A stretch of DNA of 63,818 nucleotides, filler included, from Asterionella formosa (GCA_002256025.1; 23 parts of 23 records of this genome joined end to end with filler, not necessarily neighbours in it), one strand, 5' to 3'; numbered from the whole stretch's first letter, positions 49,736 through 62,456 are shown. Made by a program: numbers and translations. The notes: a model not told the origin generated them from the letters alone.

Positions 49736-50187
49736 AGCCACAAGAGAAATAAGCGCGGTTCTTGCTGAGATGCGAGAGCGCTCCGATCGACCAGAGATTC
49801 AAGAGCATTCTTGTAGGGCGATGATCTCTTTCGCCACCAACAAGGACAACCAAGTGATCATTGCCTCAGTCGGTGGTATAGACACGATTTGCTCTGCAAT
49901 GCAGAATCACCCTCAAAATATTAGGATTCAAGAGTATGGCTGTGTGGAAGATCCGAGACTGGCAAGGACCCCTCCTCAGTGCGTATCACTTCCACCGGCA
50001 CTGCATCATTTATAGGGGCGGAATACGGTGACGGCGAGGGTAGTGATGAGTAGGATGCAATGGTGGAGGCGGAAGAGGACGCAGCAGCAAAGTCCATTCT
50101 GCTATTGCGTTGATTGAACGATTCGTTCCATTCCGCAGCACAGCGATAGCACTCCGAATTGATGACGGAGTATCCTCCAAATCTTTT
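49736..50187. pseudogene. Rearranged partial duplicate of the adjacent ARM gene
   Basis: 49736-49863 is an inverted copy of 48584-48711, and its ARM frame continues to about 49944. 49943-50187 is a direct copy of about 48830-49075 with a few substitutions. Confidence 0.85.
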
Positions 50188-50769
50188 NNNNNNNNNNNNN
50201 NNNNNNNNNNNNNNNNNNNNNNNNNNNNNNNTTAATTAATTAANNNNNNNNNNNNNNNNNNNNNNNNNNNNNNNNNNNNNNNNNNNNCAAGAAGTTTTGG
50301 AACAGATACGGAAAGATAATTTTTATGTTGCCATGCCTCCACGTAATTTATGGAAACTAATCGGGTGGGACCAAAAACTAACAAGCGAACGTTGATAAAA
50401 ATACAAGAATAATATAAATGATAATCGAAACTATATTGTTTCCATTAAGTCTCGTTTCTTGTTTGACTGATCCTTTCCATGAAATCCGTTAAATGCCATT
50501 TGGAAAGTTGTCAAAGGGCCAGAAGACTATGATTTAAAACAGTGGAAAGGAAACGCGGAGCTTTTTGCGGCGCTTGTGGAGGTGGAACTGGTGTGATGGT
50601 AACCAAGTGTAGTAATTGTTGAACAGAGCACAGTGTAATATGCATGTTCCGCCAGCGTAGTGTTTACACAATACACATGCCGGCATATATATAGCTAAAA
50701 CAACGAAAGACGACACGACAATGAACGTGATGGCTGGTTGTTGAGGATACCGGTATGTGATAGGCATCA

Positions 50770-51891
50770 ATCCATGTCACAAATCATATTATAGTGATGT
50801 ACATATCAACGCATCCATATACTTAGATCCTATCCACTGTATAATACTATCATATTAACTGTTGACTTTGACTGTATACATTAAACGACAAACATATATA
50901 TTAATTAACATACTTTATGATTGCTTGATTTATTTTCTATGATGTCTTGGTAACACTTGCGTACATATTTATCGTATTTTATTGTCATTGTACTATTTTA
51001 ACATAATCATATTTTGATCAAAATTATACCATAAACATTTTATAAAATCATCATAGTTTTATGATCAATGTATCATAGCTATGTGATCTACTTTATTCAA
51101 TATTACGTATCATACTTTGGTGATGTATGCATCGATGTAGCCCTATCATGATATCACATTATCATCTCATCAATCATTATGAGATGATTGGGAAGCAACT
51201 GTATTCTGCATCGTGCTATGGGGCATATTATTATATCACGCAATTTAGTAGCTAAGTCACTCCGCCTGTAATGTACAAAAGTCGACAGTGCGCAAACTCA
51301 CACGCTAATCAGGTTTGAGGCAACGGACAGTGGTTCCAACGAGCGAATGATGATACCAAAAATACCAATTTTTCCAGCGAAAGAACTTGTCTCTCTATTG
51401 ATGAGGATGACACGGACACCGACTTTTCCAGGAGCAAACAACAATGAAGAGACCCACTTCGTCTGCGTCGCTCTATTGATGGTAACAAAGTTGCGGACAA
51501 GTTCAACAGTGAATACAAGAACAACATACCAATGAAAACAAGTCGACAGTGTGTGTCCACACACGCCAAGCAGGTTTGAGGCAACGGACAGTTCCAACAA
51601 GCAAATGACGATACAGATATCAAATTTTTCCTACGAGCAAACAACAATGAAAAGAGCCACTTGTTTTCGCTCTCTTGATGGTATCAAAGATGCGGACAAG
51701 TTCAATAGTTATTTCAAGTACAGTATGCCAAATGCAGGAACGAGTGAGCGATATGAAAATGAAATTCTAATCAGAATCATTCTATAACTATAGCTATGTG
51801 GACAGTAGTCTGTTACGCACATTTTCGTATCTCCTTCTATGCTGAATCGAAATAGTAGATGTAGTATCATGTGAGAATTGAAAATGTCAAC
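50770..51891. repeat. Dispersed repeat family B, copy 1
   Basis: Homologous to the reverse complement of about 52445-53590 and to 53696-54475. It has an ATCAT/TATGAT-rich arm and an internal tandem unit of about 260 nt (AAGTCGACAGTG...GTTTGAGGCAACGGACAG). Confidence 0.9.
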
Positions 51892-52203
51892 NNNNNNNNN
51901 NNNNNNNNNNNNNNNNNNNNNNNNNNNNNNNNNNNTTAATTAATTAANNNNNNNNNNNNNNNNNNNNNNNNNNNNNNNNNNNNNNNNNNNNTCGAAATTT
52001 CGTCTACGTATGAGTGTTAATTATGTGGTACTTCACATGCATTAATGCCACTCTTCACGTAAAAAAGGTTACTTTTAACGGTTTCATGTGAAGTTTTAAC
52101 TGTTTCATGTGAAGTTTTAACTGTTTCATGTGAAGTTTTCACAATGAATTTTGAACGCGAGACTGAATTAGTTGATGTTTCAAATAATTCATTTGAAAGT
52201 TCA

Positions 52204-53595
52204 ATTGATTTCGTTCAAACAGTTTGTTTTGATGCCGATGACTTTGATAATGGTTTATTCCTTGATAGTTTAGTAGATCATGATGCTGCTGCTATTAATG
52301 GTCCAATCATTCAGAACGGAGAAATAAACGACATTATAAACCCTACCAACTTCCGATTTTGCGCACAAAGTATATCCGTTTCGTCCACTTCAGCATGACA
52401 ATCTCGCCAATCAACCCGTAAACAAACACATTCTACTTGTTCTCGTTGACATTTTCAATTCTCACATGATACTACATCTACTATTGAGATTCAGCATAGA
52501 AGGAGATACGAAAATGTGCGTAACAGACTACTGTCCACATAGCTATAGTTATAGAATGATTCTGATTAGAAAGTATTTCATTTTCATATCGCTCGCTCGT
52601 TTCTGCATTTGGCATACTGTACTTGAATCAACTATTGAACTTGTCCGCATCTTTGATACCATCAAGAGAGCGAAAGCAAGTGGCTCTTTTGACTGTTGTC
52701 TGCTCGTAGGAAGAATTTGATATCTGTTTCGTCATTTGCTTGTTGGAATTGTCCGTTGCCTCAAACTTGCTTGCCACGTGCGTGCAGACACTGTCGACTG
52801 GTTTTCAATGGTATGTTGTTCTTGTATTCACTGTTGAACTTGTCCGCATCTTTGTTACCATCAATAGGCTAGAGCGACAAGTGGATCTCTTCATTGTTGT
52901 TTGCTCCTGGAAAAGTCGGTGTCCATGTCCGTGTCATCCTCATCAATAGAGAGACAAGTTGCTTCTTTCGTTGGAAAAATTGGTACCCGTGGTATCATCG
53001 TTCGCTCGTTGGAACCACTGTCCGTTGCCTCAAACCTGATTAGCGTCTGAGTACCGGTACCCGGTATGTGCACTGTCGACTTTAGTACATTACAGGCGGA
53101 GTGACTTCGCTACTAAATTGCGTGATATAATATTATACCCTGTAGCACGTTGCAGAATACATTTGCTTCCCAATCATCTCATCATGATTGATAAGATGAT
53201 ACTGTGATATCATGATAGGGTTACATCGATGCATACATCACCAAAGTATGATATGTAATATTGAATAAGGCACATCACATAGCTATGATACAATTGATCA
53301 TAAAAATATGATGATTTTATCAAATGTTTATGATATAATTTTGATCAAAATATGATCATGTTAAAATAGTACAATGACAATAAAATACGATAAAATATGT
53401 ACGCAAGTGTTACCAAGACATCATAAAAAATAAATCAAGCAATCATAAAGTATGTTAATTGATATATATGTTTGTCGTTTAATGTATACAGTTAAAGTCA
53501 ACACTTAATATGATAGTATTATACAGTGGATAGGATCTAAGTATACGGATGCATTGATATGTACATCACTAAAATATGATTTGTGACATGATGGA
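52204..53595. repeat. Dispersed repeat family B, copy 2 (opposite orientation)
   Basis: Reverse-complement homology to 50770-51891 and 53696-54724. It is preceded by an unrelated 20-nt x3 tandem (GTTTCATGTGAAGTTTTAAC, 52082-52140). Confidence 0.9.
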
Positions 53596-53695
53596 NNNNN
53601 NNNNNNNNNNNNNNNNNNNNNNNNNNNNNNNNNNNNNNNTTAATTAATTAANNNNNNNNNNNNNNNNNNNNNNNNNNNNNNNNNNNNNNNNNNNN

Positions 53696-55054
53696 TGTAA
53701 CCTTATCATGATATCACAGTATCATCTTATCAATCATGATGAGATGATTGGGAAGCAACTGTATTCTGCATCGTGCTACAGGGTATATTATTATATCACG
53801 CAATTTAGTAGCGAAGTCACTCCGCCTGTAATGTACTAAAGTCGACAGTGCACATACCGGGTACCGGTACTCAAACGCTAATCAGGTTTGAGGCAACAGA
53901 CAGTGGTTCGAACGAGCGAATGATGATACGGTACCAATTTTTCCAACGAAAGAACTTGTCTCTCTATTGATGAGGATGACGCAGACACGGACACGGACAC
54001 CGACTTTTCCAGGAGCAAACAACAATGAAGAGACCCACTTGTCGCTCTATTGATGGTAACAAAGATGCGGACAAGCAAGTTCAACAGTGAATACAAGAAC
54101 AACATACCATTGAAAACAAGTCGACAGTGTGTGCACGCACACGCCAAGCAAGTTTGAGGCAACGGACAATTCCAACAAGCAAATGACGATACTGATATCA
54201 AATTCTTCCTACGAGCAAACAAAAATGAAAAGAGCCACTTGCTTTCGCTCTCTTGCTTGTTGGTATCAAAGATGCGGACAAGTTCAATACTTAATTCAAG
54301 TACAGTATGCCAAATGCAGAAACGAGCGAGCGATATGAAAATGAAATGCGTTCTAATCAGAATCATTCTATAACTATAGCTATGTGGACAGTAGTCTGTT
54401 ACGCACATTTTCGTATCTCTTTCTATGCTGAATCTCAATAGTAGATGTAGTATCATGTGAGAATTGAAAATTTCAACGAGAACAAGTACCGGTAGAATGT
54501 GTCTGTTTACGGGTTGATTGGCGAGATTGTCATGCTGAAGTGGACGAAACGGATATACTTTGTGCGCAAAATCGGAAGTTGGTAGGGTTTATAATGTCGT
54601 TTATTTCTCCGTTCTGAATGATTGGACCATTAATAGCAGCAGCATCATGATCTACTAAACTATCAAGGAATAAACCATTATCATAGTCATCGGCATCAAA
54701 ACAAACTGTTTGAACGAAATCAATGGCTGCTGGCGATTGTTTCAGGAATTTTGCAAGGGGGTCTTGAGAGTGGTGTCGTCCATCTCTTGGAGAAGTCGCT
54801 ACCATTGATGATGTCTGCGATGCTTGAATATGAGATTGAATCATATCTTCTTGCCCACACGAGGGGCTGTGTCTGTGATGACCACGAATTGATTTAAAAG
54901 GACCTTTACCACAGAATTTACATTTGTCCTCGTCGTTATTGTCACACAGATCCATGATATTTACTGTCGTTGTAGTGCTGTGTTGGCGAGAGAAAAATAA
55001 GAATAACCGGTAGCTAAAATAATGGACCTTGTTCGGCACATATTTGGCAAACAA
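53696..55054 (-). repeat. Dispersed repeat family B, copy 3, with the 5' exon of a Zn-finger ORF
   Basis: Homologous to copies 1 and 2. ORF MDLCDNNDEDKCKFCGKGPFKSIRGHHRHSPSC starts at about 54955. Confidence 0.85.
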
Positions 55055-55399
55055 TACTACCTGGTACCATCCTCATCAGTAGACATAATTCCACCAGTGT
55101 TGATTTTGAGTAATAATAATCACGTAAAAAATTGGGTTGCCTACCACTGGCTAGTAGTACATTTACCTAGTACCGGTAATAAGCTACATAACATGAAAAC
55201 TGGGAAGAGGGAGCTTTTTTACCGGTAAGTGTGAGTTCTTCATGTGATGTGTACAACCGTAAAACTTTGATCTCAGATGGATGACATTAGACACCACAAN
55301 NNNNNNNNNNNNNNNNNNNNNNNNNNNNNNNNNNNNNNNNNNNTTAATTAATTAANNNNNNNNNNNNNNNNNNNNNNNNNNNNNNNNNNNNNNNNNNNN

Positions 55400-55990
55400 A
55401 CTTTCAGATGCAACCTTTCTGTACTACTGACAAGGAATAACAAAATAATTGCCTGTCTGTTTCTTCCAGAACCGGCCCGCAACAGAGTCCTCGTTGCTTT
55501 TCTGGAAGTGAAGAACATGATTCACAGAGTAAGATCATAGTAGCTGTTTAAACTCACACAAGACTTTTTCTATTTCTTAACAAACAATGCATATTCAGTT
55601 CAAACGGAGGGCAAAGAACAATCAAGAGAAGGGTATACAGCCACAGTAACCAGAATGCACCACCAGCCAGCTCCTTGTTTCCAACAATAAGATCCAAAGG
55701 GATAACAGCAGAAACAACAGATAGCGACAACGTCAACAATAAAAACAACCACAATGCATAATGCATTTTACCACGAAAGAGATAATTTGTTCCTTCACCA
55801 CGTTCTAGCCAGTAGCTGTTTTCCATTAAAAGAAACCTGGCGCGGACGGTCCTCCTCCTATACCTTTGCTTTGTACTAGCCATGTGTACATTCTACATAA
55901 CAAAAAGCTGGCGTGCAGTCTATGCTTTGTCAGTATACTTTTTGGCGAGCAATGCAGACCTCACGAAAATCTGACGAACATGGTGAATCG
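55400..55990 (-). repeat. Dispersed repeat family A, copy 2
   Basis: Diverged homology to about 11080-11700. Confidence 0.75.
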
Positions 55991-56701
55991 TCACGATTTT
56001 CAACGTTGTGATTTGCAAAAGGTTAGTACCAGTAATGCCGCTAGATTGCACTACATAGGATATCTGAATTAATTCAACTATTTTTCCCACCTTTTTGGAG
56101 CGTCTATAAGCAAAACTACCGCTACAATGAAGACTCCAACAGGGAAAATATCTAGCTGTAGCAAATCTATCGAATATGCGAATTTTTTTACACAGAAATA
56201 TCTGTTGCATGTATTCGCGTTCATCTGATGATCATGTCATTGTAGTCGGCCTGAGTAGAAAATAAGAGCTGCAACCAAAGCTATTTCTTTTCGGAAATGC
56301 TACAATTTGTCTACAATGATTATTTTATCAAATGAAATTCGGTAAACAACTCAAATCAAAAGAAACGTTGGTAGATATGTTTTATATATACTGGCACCCG
56401 TAGTTCTATAGAAAAAGGAGTTGCATACCGGTACTATATTAGTGTTCATCGAATATCGTTGTAGTCAGTCGAAAATGAGAGGTATTTCCGAGATACTTCA
56501 AATAGTAAATAGTCATATCTCTAGCAAGTTGCTGGCCTTAGTGAAAGTAGCATTGTATTTATAGCTGTGTTAAATCGAATTGAATGAGATAATTTATTTT
56601 GTAATTTTACAAATGATGGATCAAATATCTATATTGGCCGTTGTCTCTTTCTATTGAACAAATATCGGTACATAATCGCTATTTAATCGTGTTTTATCAC
56701 C

Positions 56702-57003
56702 ATGAACGACGACGATTGCTGTTTGATATGTGGTAAGGGTCCATTTGTTTCCCTTCACCGTCATTACGCACATAGCCCCGAATGCGAAACAGCTGCTGAG
56801 TTGTTTCGTAAACCAGCAACTGGTCCAGACGACGGTCAGGAAGAATATGATGGATTTCATCAATCTCCACCATCACCTGCTGATGACTTTTTGTTGTCAT
56901 TAAAGAAAAGGTCCAAAATTTGTCATGTTCAAACAATACATTTTGGCGATCATACCAATATATATGACATTGATCAAAAAGAAGATGAAGAAAATACAAG
57001 CGA
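56702..57003 (+). CDS. 5' end of a C2HC Zn-finger ORF, a paralogue of the family-B ORF; probably transposon-encoded
   Basis: CLICGKGPFVSLHRHYAHSPEC versus CKFCGKGPFKSIRGHHRHSPSC at about 54920; both later carry VQT(I/V)xF. Confidence 0.55.
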
Positions 57004-57103
57004 NNNNNNNNNNNNNNNNNNNNNNNNNNNNNNNNNNNNNNNNNNNNTTAATTAATTAANNNNNNNNNNNNNNNNNNNNNNNNNNNNNNNNNNNNNNNNN
57101 NNN

Positions 57104-58707
57104 ACCACTTCCCAGTTGTTGCGGACCTACCTGGGCTTACCAGAATCCCAGAGATGGGGATTGCCCCACCACGGCCGGAATCACTGTACCGGCGGATTGT
57201 GATGGAGGAGAAGGAACTCAAAGTAACCGTTACTGTGGCTAGTAGTAACTATTGGCAGCCACTAGCTGACTCGCTGGAGGAGGACCTGGAGGATGTAATC
57301 GAGTGTTCACATTCACTCGAAAACCCCACCAGTTACCACCAGGAAAGGTTGGATGGTATGGCCAAGAAGTTCACTACAACATGTCACCAGGTGGCAGAGG
57401 ACCTGAACCTCCACCAACGGGTGGCGGGACAAAACCCACCAAGAGTGACAGGACAGGTACGTCGGGCGATTGAGACCCGAAGGAGGATTTTCCGGGAAAC
57501 CCGGAGGGCGGAGTCGCGAGGAGACCGTGAAGATGTAGCACGGCTTGGGGACATGTACAAGGCTGCCAAAGAGAGGGCGCGGAAGGTGATCCGCCTCTCG
57601 GGTAGGCGGGCATGGTATAAGGCAATTAGGGAGGCTCACGTCAATATGCGCGAGAAACCTCGCCACTATTGGCGGTGGGCCTCAGCGACTGCAGGATGGC
57701 GCCAGAAGAGCAGCATCGCAGGTGTCCAACCGGTCCTTGGCCCGGACGGACGCCTGCTGACAGCTTTGACTGATATTCATCAGGCCTGGGGAGCGCACTA
57801 TGCATCTCTAGCAGCAGATGAAACCGGTCATAGCCAGGAGGCCCAATATTGGGAGAAATTTGACCCGCACCCACAGGCAAATGAGGGGATCCGTTCGCTG
57901 GACGAACCCTTCACAACCTCCGATATTTGGACTGCCCTGAGGAAGATGAAGAGCCATCGTGCTCCGGGCGGTGACGGGATACCCACTGAACTGCTACAGG
58001 CATGTTTGGCGGAGGAACGGGCCCTACTTTCCCACCTTCAAAACTATCGGGAAGAGGAGCCCGCCCCGCCACCATCCGCTCCAATGACGGACTCACTAGG
58101 AACCCTACTCAACTTCGCGTATGAGAGGGGACTGGTGGCCCAGTCGTGGGCTGAGTCACTGGTCGTCTCAATACCTAAGAAAGGGGACTTGGCTGATATG
58201 AACAACTATCGGGGGATTTCGCTCATGGCCACTGTCCTCAAGGTGGTGTGTGTGATCCTTGGTACCAGGATAAATGTGGAAGCGGAATCTCGAGGGCTGT
58301 TTAGCCGAGCCCAGGCTGGCTTTCGCCAGAGAGAGGAATGTGTAACCCAGGTAGCCTGTGTCATGGAAATCATACAACGCCGGAGGATAGGGGGAGAGCC
58401 GACCTACGTGGTATTCGTAGACCTCAAGAAGGCATATGATACGGTGCCCCACGAGGCGCTCTTTGCGAAACTATCCAGGTTTGGGATCAGGGGACGTTGC
58501 CTTGCTTTTCTACGTGCCCTTTATCGCAGCAGTACAATCAGGGTACGAGTGGGGGGTGGCTTGACTGCCCTGTACTCGGACCCCTGCAGACTGTTGCGAG
58601 GTGTGCGGCAGGGTTGCCCTCTTTCGCCTATACTGTTCAACATCTTCATTGATGACTTGGCAGTGGGGACGGAGGAGAGCGGTGCCCTGGTACCAACTGG
58701 GGACAGT
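57104..58707 (+). mobile_element. Non-LTR (LINE) retrotransposon ORF2 fragment with RT N-half, copy 1
   Basis: APGGDGIP, NNYRGISL, QAGFR, FVDLKKAYDTVPH and GVRQGCPLSPILFNIFIDDL; open frame; more GC-rich than the host DNA. Confidence 0.95.
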
Positions 58708-58807
58708 NNNNNNNNNNNNNNNNNNNNNNNNNNNNNNNNNNNNNNNNNNNNTTAATTAATTAANNNNNNNNNNNNNNNNNNNNNNNNNNNNNNNNNNNNN
58801 NNNNNNN

Positions 58808-60411
58808 ACTGTCCCCAGTTGGTACCAGGGCACCGCTCTCCTCCGTCCCCACTGCCAAGTCATCAATGAAGATGTTGAACAGTATAGGCGAAAGAGGGCA
58901 ACCCTGCCGCACACCTCGCAACAGTCTGCAGGCGTCCGAGTACAGGGCAGTCAAGCCACCCCCCACTCGTACCCTGATTGTACTGCTGCGATAAAGGGCA
59001 CGTAGAAAAGCAAGGCAACGTCCCCTGATCCCAAACCTGGATAGTTTCGCAAAGAGCGCCTCGTGGGGCACCGTATCATATGCCTTCTTGAGGTCTACGA
59101 ATACCACGTAGGTCGGCTCTCCCACTATCCTCCGGCGTTGTATGATTTCCATGACACAGGCTACCTGGGTTACACATTCCTCTCTCTGGCGAAAGCCAGC
59201 CTGGGCTCGGCTAAACAGCCCTCGAGATTCCGCTTCCACATTTATCCTGGTACCAAGGATCACACACACCACCTTGAGGACAGTGGCCATGAGCGAAATC
59301 CCCCGATAGTTGTTCATATCAGCCAAGTCCCCTTTCTTAGGTATTGAGACGACCAGTGACTCAGCCCACGACTGGGCCACCAGTCCCCTCTCATACGCAA
59401 AGTTGAGTAGGGTTCCTAGTGAGTCCGTCATTGGAGCGGATGGTGGCGGGGCGGGCTCCTCTTCCCGATAGTTTTGAAGGTGGGAAAGTAGGGCCCGTTC
59501 CTCCGCCAAACATGCCTGTAGCAGTTCAGTGGGTATCCCGTCACCGCCCGGAGCACGATGGCTCTTCATCTTCCTCAGGGCAGTCCAAATATCGGAGGTT
59601 GTGAAGGGTTCGTCCAGCGAACGGATCCCCTCATTTGCCTGTGGGTGTGGGTCAAATTTCTCCCAATATTGGGCCTCCTGGCTATGACCGGTTTCATCTG
59701 CTGCTAGAGAGGCATAGTGCGCTCCCCAGGCCTGATGAATATCAGTCAAAGCTGTCAGCAGGCGTCCATCCGGGCCAAGGACCGGTTGGACACCTGCGAT
59801 GCTGCTCTTCTGGCGCCATCCTGCAGTCGCTGAGGCCCACCGCCAATAGTGGCGAGGTTTCTCGCGCATATTGACGTGAGCCTCCCTAATTGCCTTATAC
59901 CATGCCCGCCTACCCGAGAGGCGGATCACCTTCCGCGCCCTCTCTTTGGCAGCCTTGTACATGTCCCCAAGCCGTGCTACATCTTCACGGTCTCCTCGCG
60001 ACTCCGCCCTCCGGGTTTCCCGGAAAATCCTCCTTCGGGTCTCAATCGCCCGACGTACCTGTCCTGTCACTCTTGGTGGGTTTTGTCCCGCCACCCGTTG
60101 GTGGAGGTTCAGGTCCTCTGCCACCTGGTGACATGTTGTAGTGAACTTCTTGGCCATACCATCCAACCTTTCCTGGTGGTAACTGGTGGGGTTTTCGAGT
60201 GAATGTGAACACTCGATTACATCCTCCAGGTCCTCCTCCAGCGAGTCAGCTAGTGGCTGCCAATAGTTACTACTAGCCACAGTAACGGTTACTTTGAGTT
60301 CCTTCTCCTCCATCACAATCCGCCGGTACAGTGATTCCGGCCGTGGTGGGGCAATCCCCATCTCTGGGATTCTGGTAAGCCCAGGTAGGTCCGCAACAAC
60401 TGGGAAGTGGT
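58808..60411 (-). mobile_element. LINE ORF2 fragment, copy 2
   Basis: Same 1604-nt segment and endpoints as copy 1; differs by a few SNPs (RRIVGE, SDAC). Confidence 0.95.
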
Positions 60412-60511
60412 NNNNNNNNNNNNNNNNNNNNNNNNNNNNNNNNNNNNNNNNNNNNTTAATTAATTAANNNNNNNNNNNNNNNNNNNNNNNNNNNNNNNNN
60501 NNNNNNNNNNN

Positions 60512-62115
60512 ACTGTCCCCAGTTGGTACCAGGGCACCGCTCTCCTCCGTCCCCACTGCCAAGTCATCAATGAAGATGTTGAACAGTATAGGCGAAAGAG
60601 GGCAACCCTGCCGCACACCTCGCAACAGTCTGCAGGGGTCCGAGTACAGGGCAGTCAAGCCACCCCCCACTCGTACCCTGATTGTACTGCTGCGATAAAG
60701 GGCACGTAGAAAAGCAAGGCAACGTCCCCTGATCCCAAACCTGGATAGTTTCGCAAAGAGCGCCTCGTGGGGCACCGTATCATATGCCTTCTTGAGGTCT
60801 ACGAATACCACGTAGGTCGGCTCTCCCACTATCCTCCGGCGTTGTATGATTTCCATGACACAGGCTACCTGGGTTACACATTCCTCTCTCTGGCGAAAGC
60901 CAGCCTGGGCTCGGCTAAACAGCCCTCGAGATTCCGCTTCCACATTTATCCTGGTACCAAGGATCACACACACCACCTTGAGGACAGTGGCCATGAGCGA
61001 AATCCCCCGATAGTTGTTCATATCAGCCAAGTCCCCTTTCTTAGGTATTGAGACGACCAGTGACTCAGCCCACGACTGGGCCACCAGTCCCCTCTCATAC
61101 GCAAAGTTGAGTAGGGTTCCTAGTGAGTCCGTCATTGGAGCGGATGGTGGCGGGGCGGGCTCCTCTTCCCGATAGTTTTGAAGGTGGGAAAGTAGGGCCC
61201 GTTCCTCCGCCAAACATGCCTGTAGCAGTTCAGTGGGTATCCCGTCACCGCCCGGAGCACGATGGCTCTTCATCTTCCTCAGGGCAGTCCAAATATCGGA
61301 GGTTGTGAAGGGTTCGTCCAGCGAACGGATCCCCTCATTTGCCTGTGGGTGCGGGTCAAATTTCTCCCAATATTGGGCCTCCTGGCTATGACCGGTTTCA
61401 TCTGCTGCTAGAGAGGCATAGTGCGCTCCCCAGGCCTGATGAATATCAGTCAAAGCTGTCAGCAGGCGTCCGTCCGGGCCAAGGACCGGTTGGACACCTG
61501 CGATGCTGCTCTTCTGGCGCCATCCTGCAGTCGCTGAGGCCCACCGCCAATAGTGGCGAGGTTTCTCGCGCATATTGACGTGAGCCTCCCTAATTGCCTT
61601 ATACCATGCCCGCCTACCCGCGAGGCGGATCACCTTCCGCGCCCTCTCTTTGGCAGCCTTGTACATGTCCCCAAGCCGTGCTACATCTTCACGGTCTCCT
61701 CGCGACTCCGCCCTCCGGGTTTCCCGGAAAATCCTCCTTCGGGTCTCAATCGCCCGACGTACCTGTCCTGTCACTCTTGGTGGGTTTTGTCCCGCCACCC
61801 GTTGGTGGAGGTTCAGGTCCTCTGCCACCTGGTGACATGTTGTAGTGAACTTCTTGGCCATACCATCCAACCTTTCCTGGTGGTAACTGGTGGGGGTTTC
61901 GAGTGAATGTGAACACTCGATTACATCCTCCAGGTCCTCCTCCAGCGAGTCAGCTAGTGGCTGCCAATAGTTACTACTAGCCACAGTAACGGTTACTTTG
62001 AGTTCCTTCTCCTCCATCACAATCCGCCGGTACAGTGATTCCGGCCGTGGTGGGGCAATCCCCATCTCTGGGATTCTGGTAAGCCCAGGTAGGTCCGCAA
62101 CAACTGGGAAGTGGT
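60512..62115 (-). mobile_element. LINE ORF2 fragment, copy 3
   Basis: Same 1604-nt segment; private SNPs (LETPT, RLAGRR). Confidence 0.95.
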
Positions 62116-62215
62116 NNNNNNNNNNNNNNNNNNNNNNNNNNNNNNNNNNNNNNNNNNNNTTAATTAATTAANNNNNNNNNNNNNNNNNNNNNNNNNNNNN
62201 NNNNNNNNNNNNNNN

Positions 62216-62456
62216 CATCCTTCTTTTCTTTGATGTGTTCCTCGTTGCGGTAGTATTTGACACAAAGGGGAATGGACGACGCCGCTCCATAGAGCGCCAT
62301 GCGAGAGTTCGTTCCTCCCACGTCTCCCGTGAGCATGTATGTACCTCTGCTTCGTTTTGTTATCGAAGTTGTTGATGCTCCTTAAGAAGTTTGCGACTCT
62401 CCGTTTGCAAAAACGACAATAAGAACAATGAAAATGGTAAGGAATAAATTCTTCAT
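62216..62456 (-). pseudogene. 5' end of a glucokinase gene with a signal-peptide-like N-terminus and an in-frame TAA at codon 25 (absent from the ORF track)
   Basis: MKNLFLTIFIVLIVVFANGESQTS*GASTTSITKRSRGTYMLTGDVGGTNSRMALYG; DVGGTNSR is the glucokinase phosphate-1 motif. The second ATG is at 62336. Confidence 0.7.

Noticed and set aside
57104..60411. 3.3-kb LINE palindrome or tandem array
   Set aside because: The copies are separate contigs joined by linkers, so their orientation and adjacency are arbitrary.
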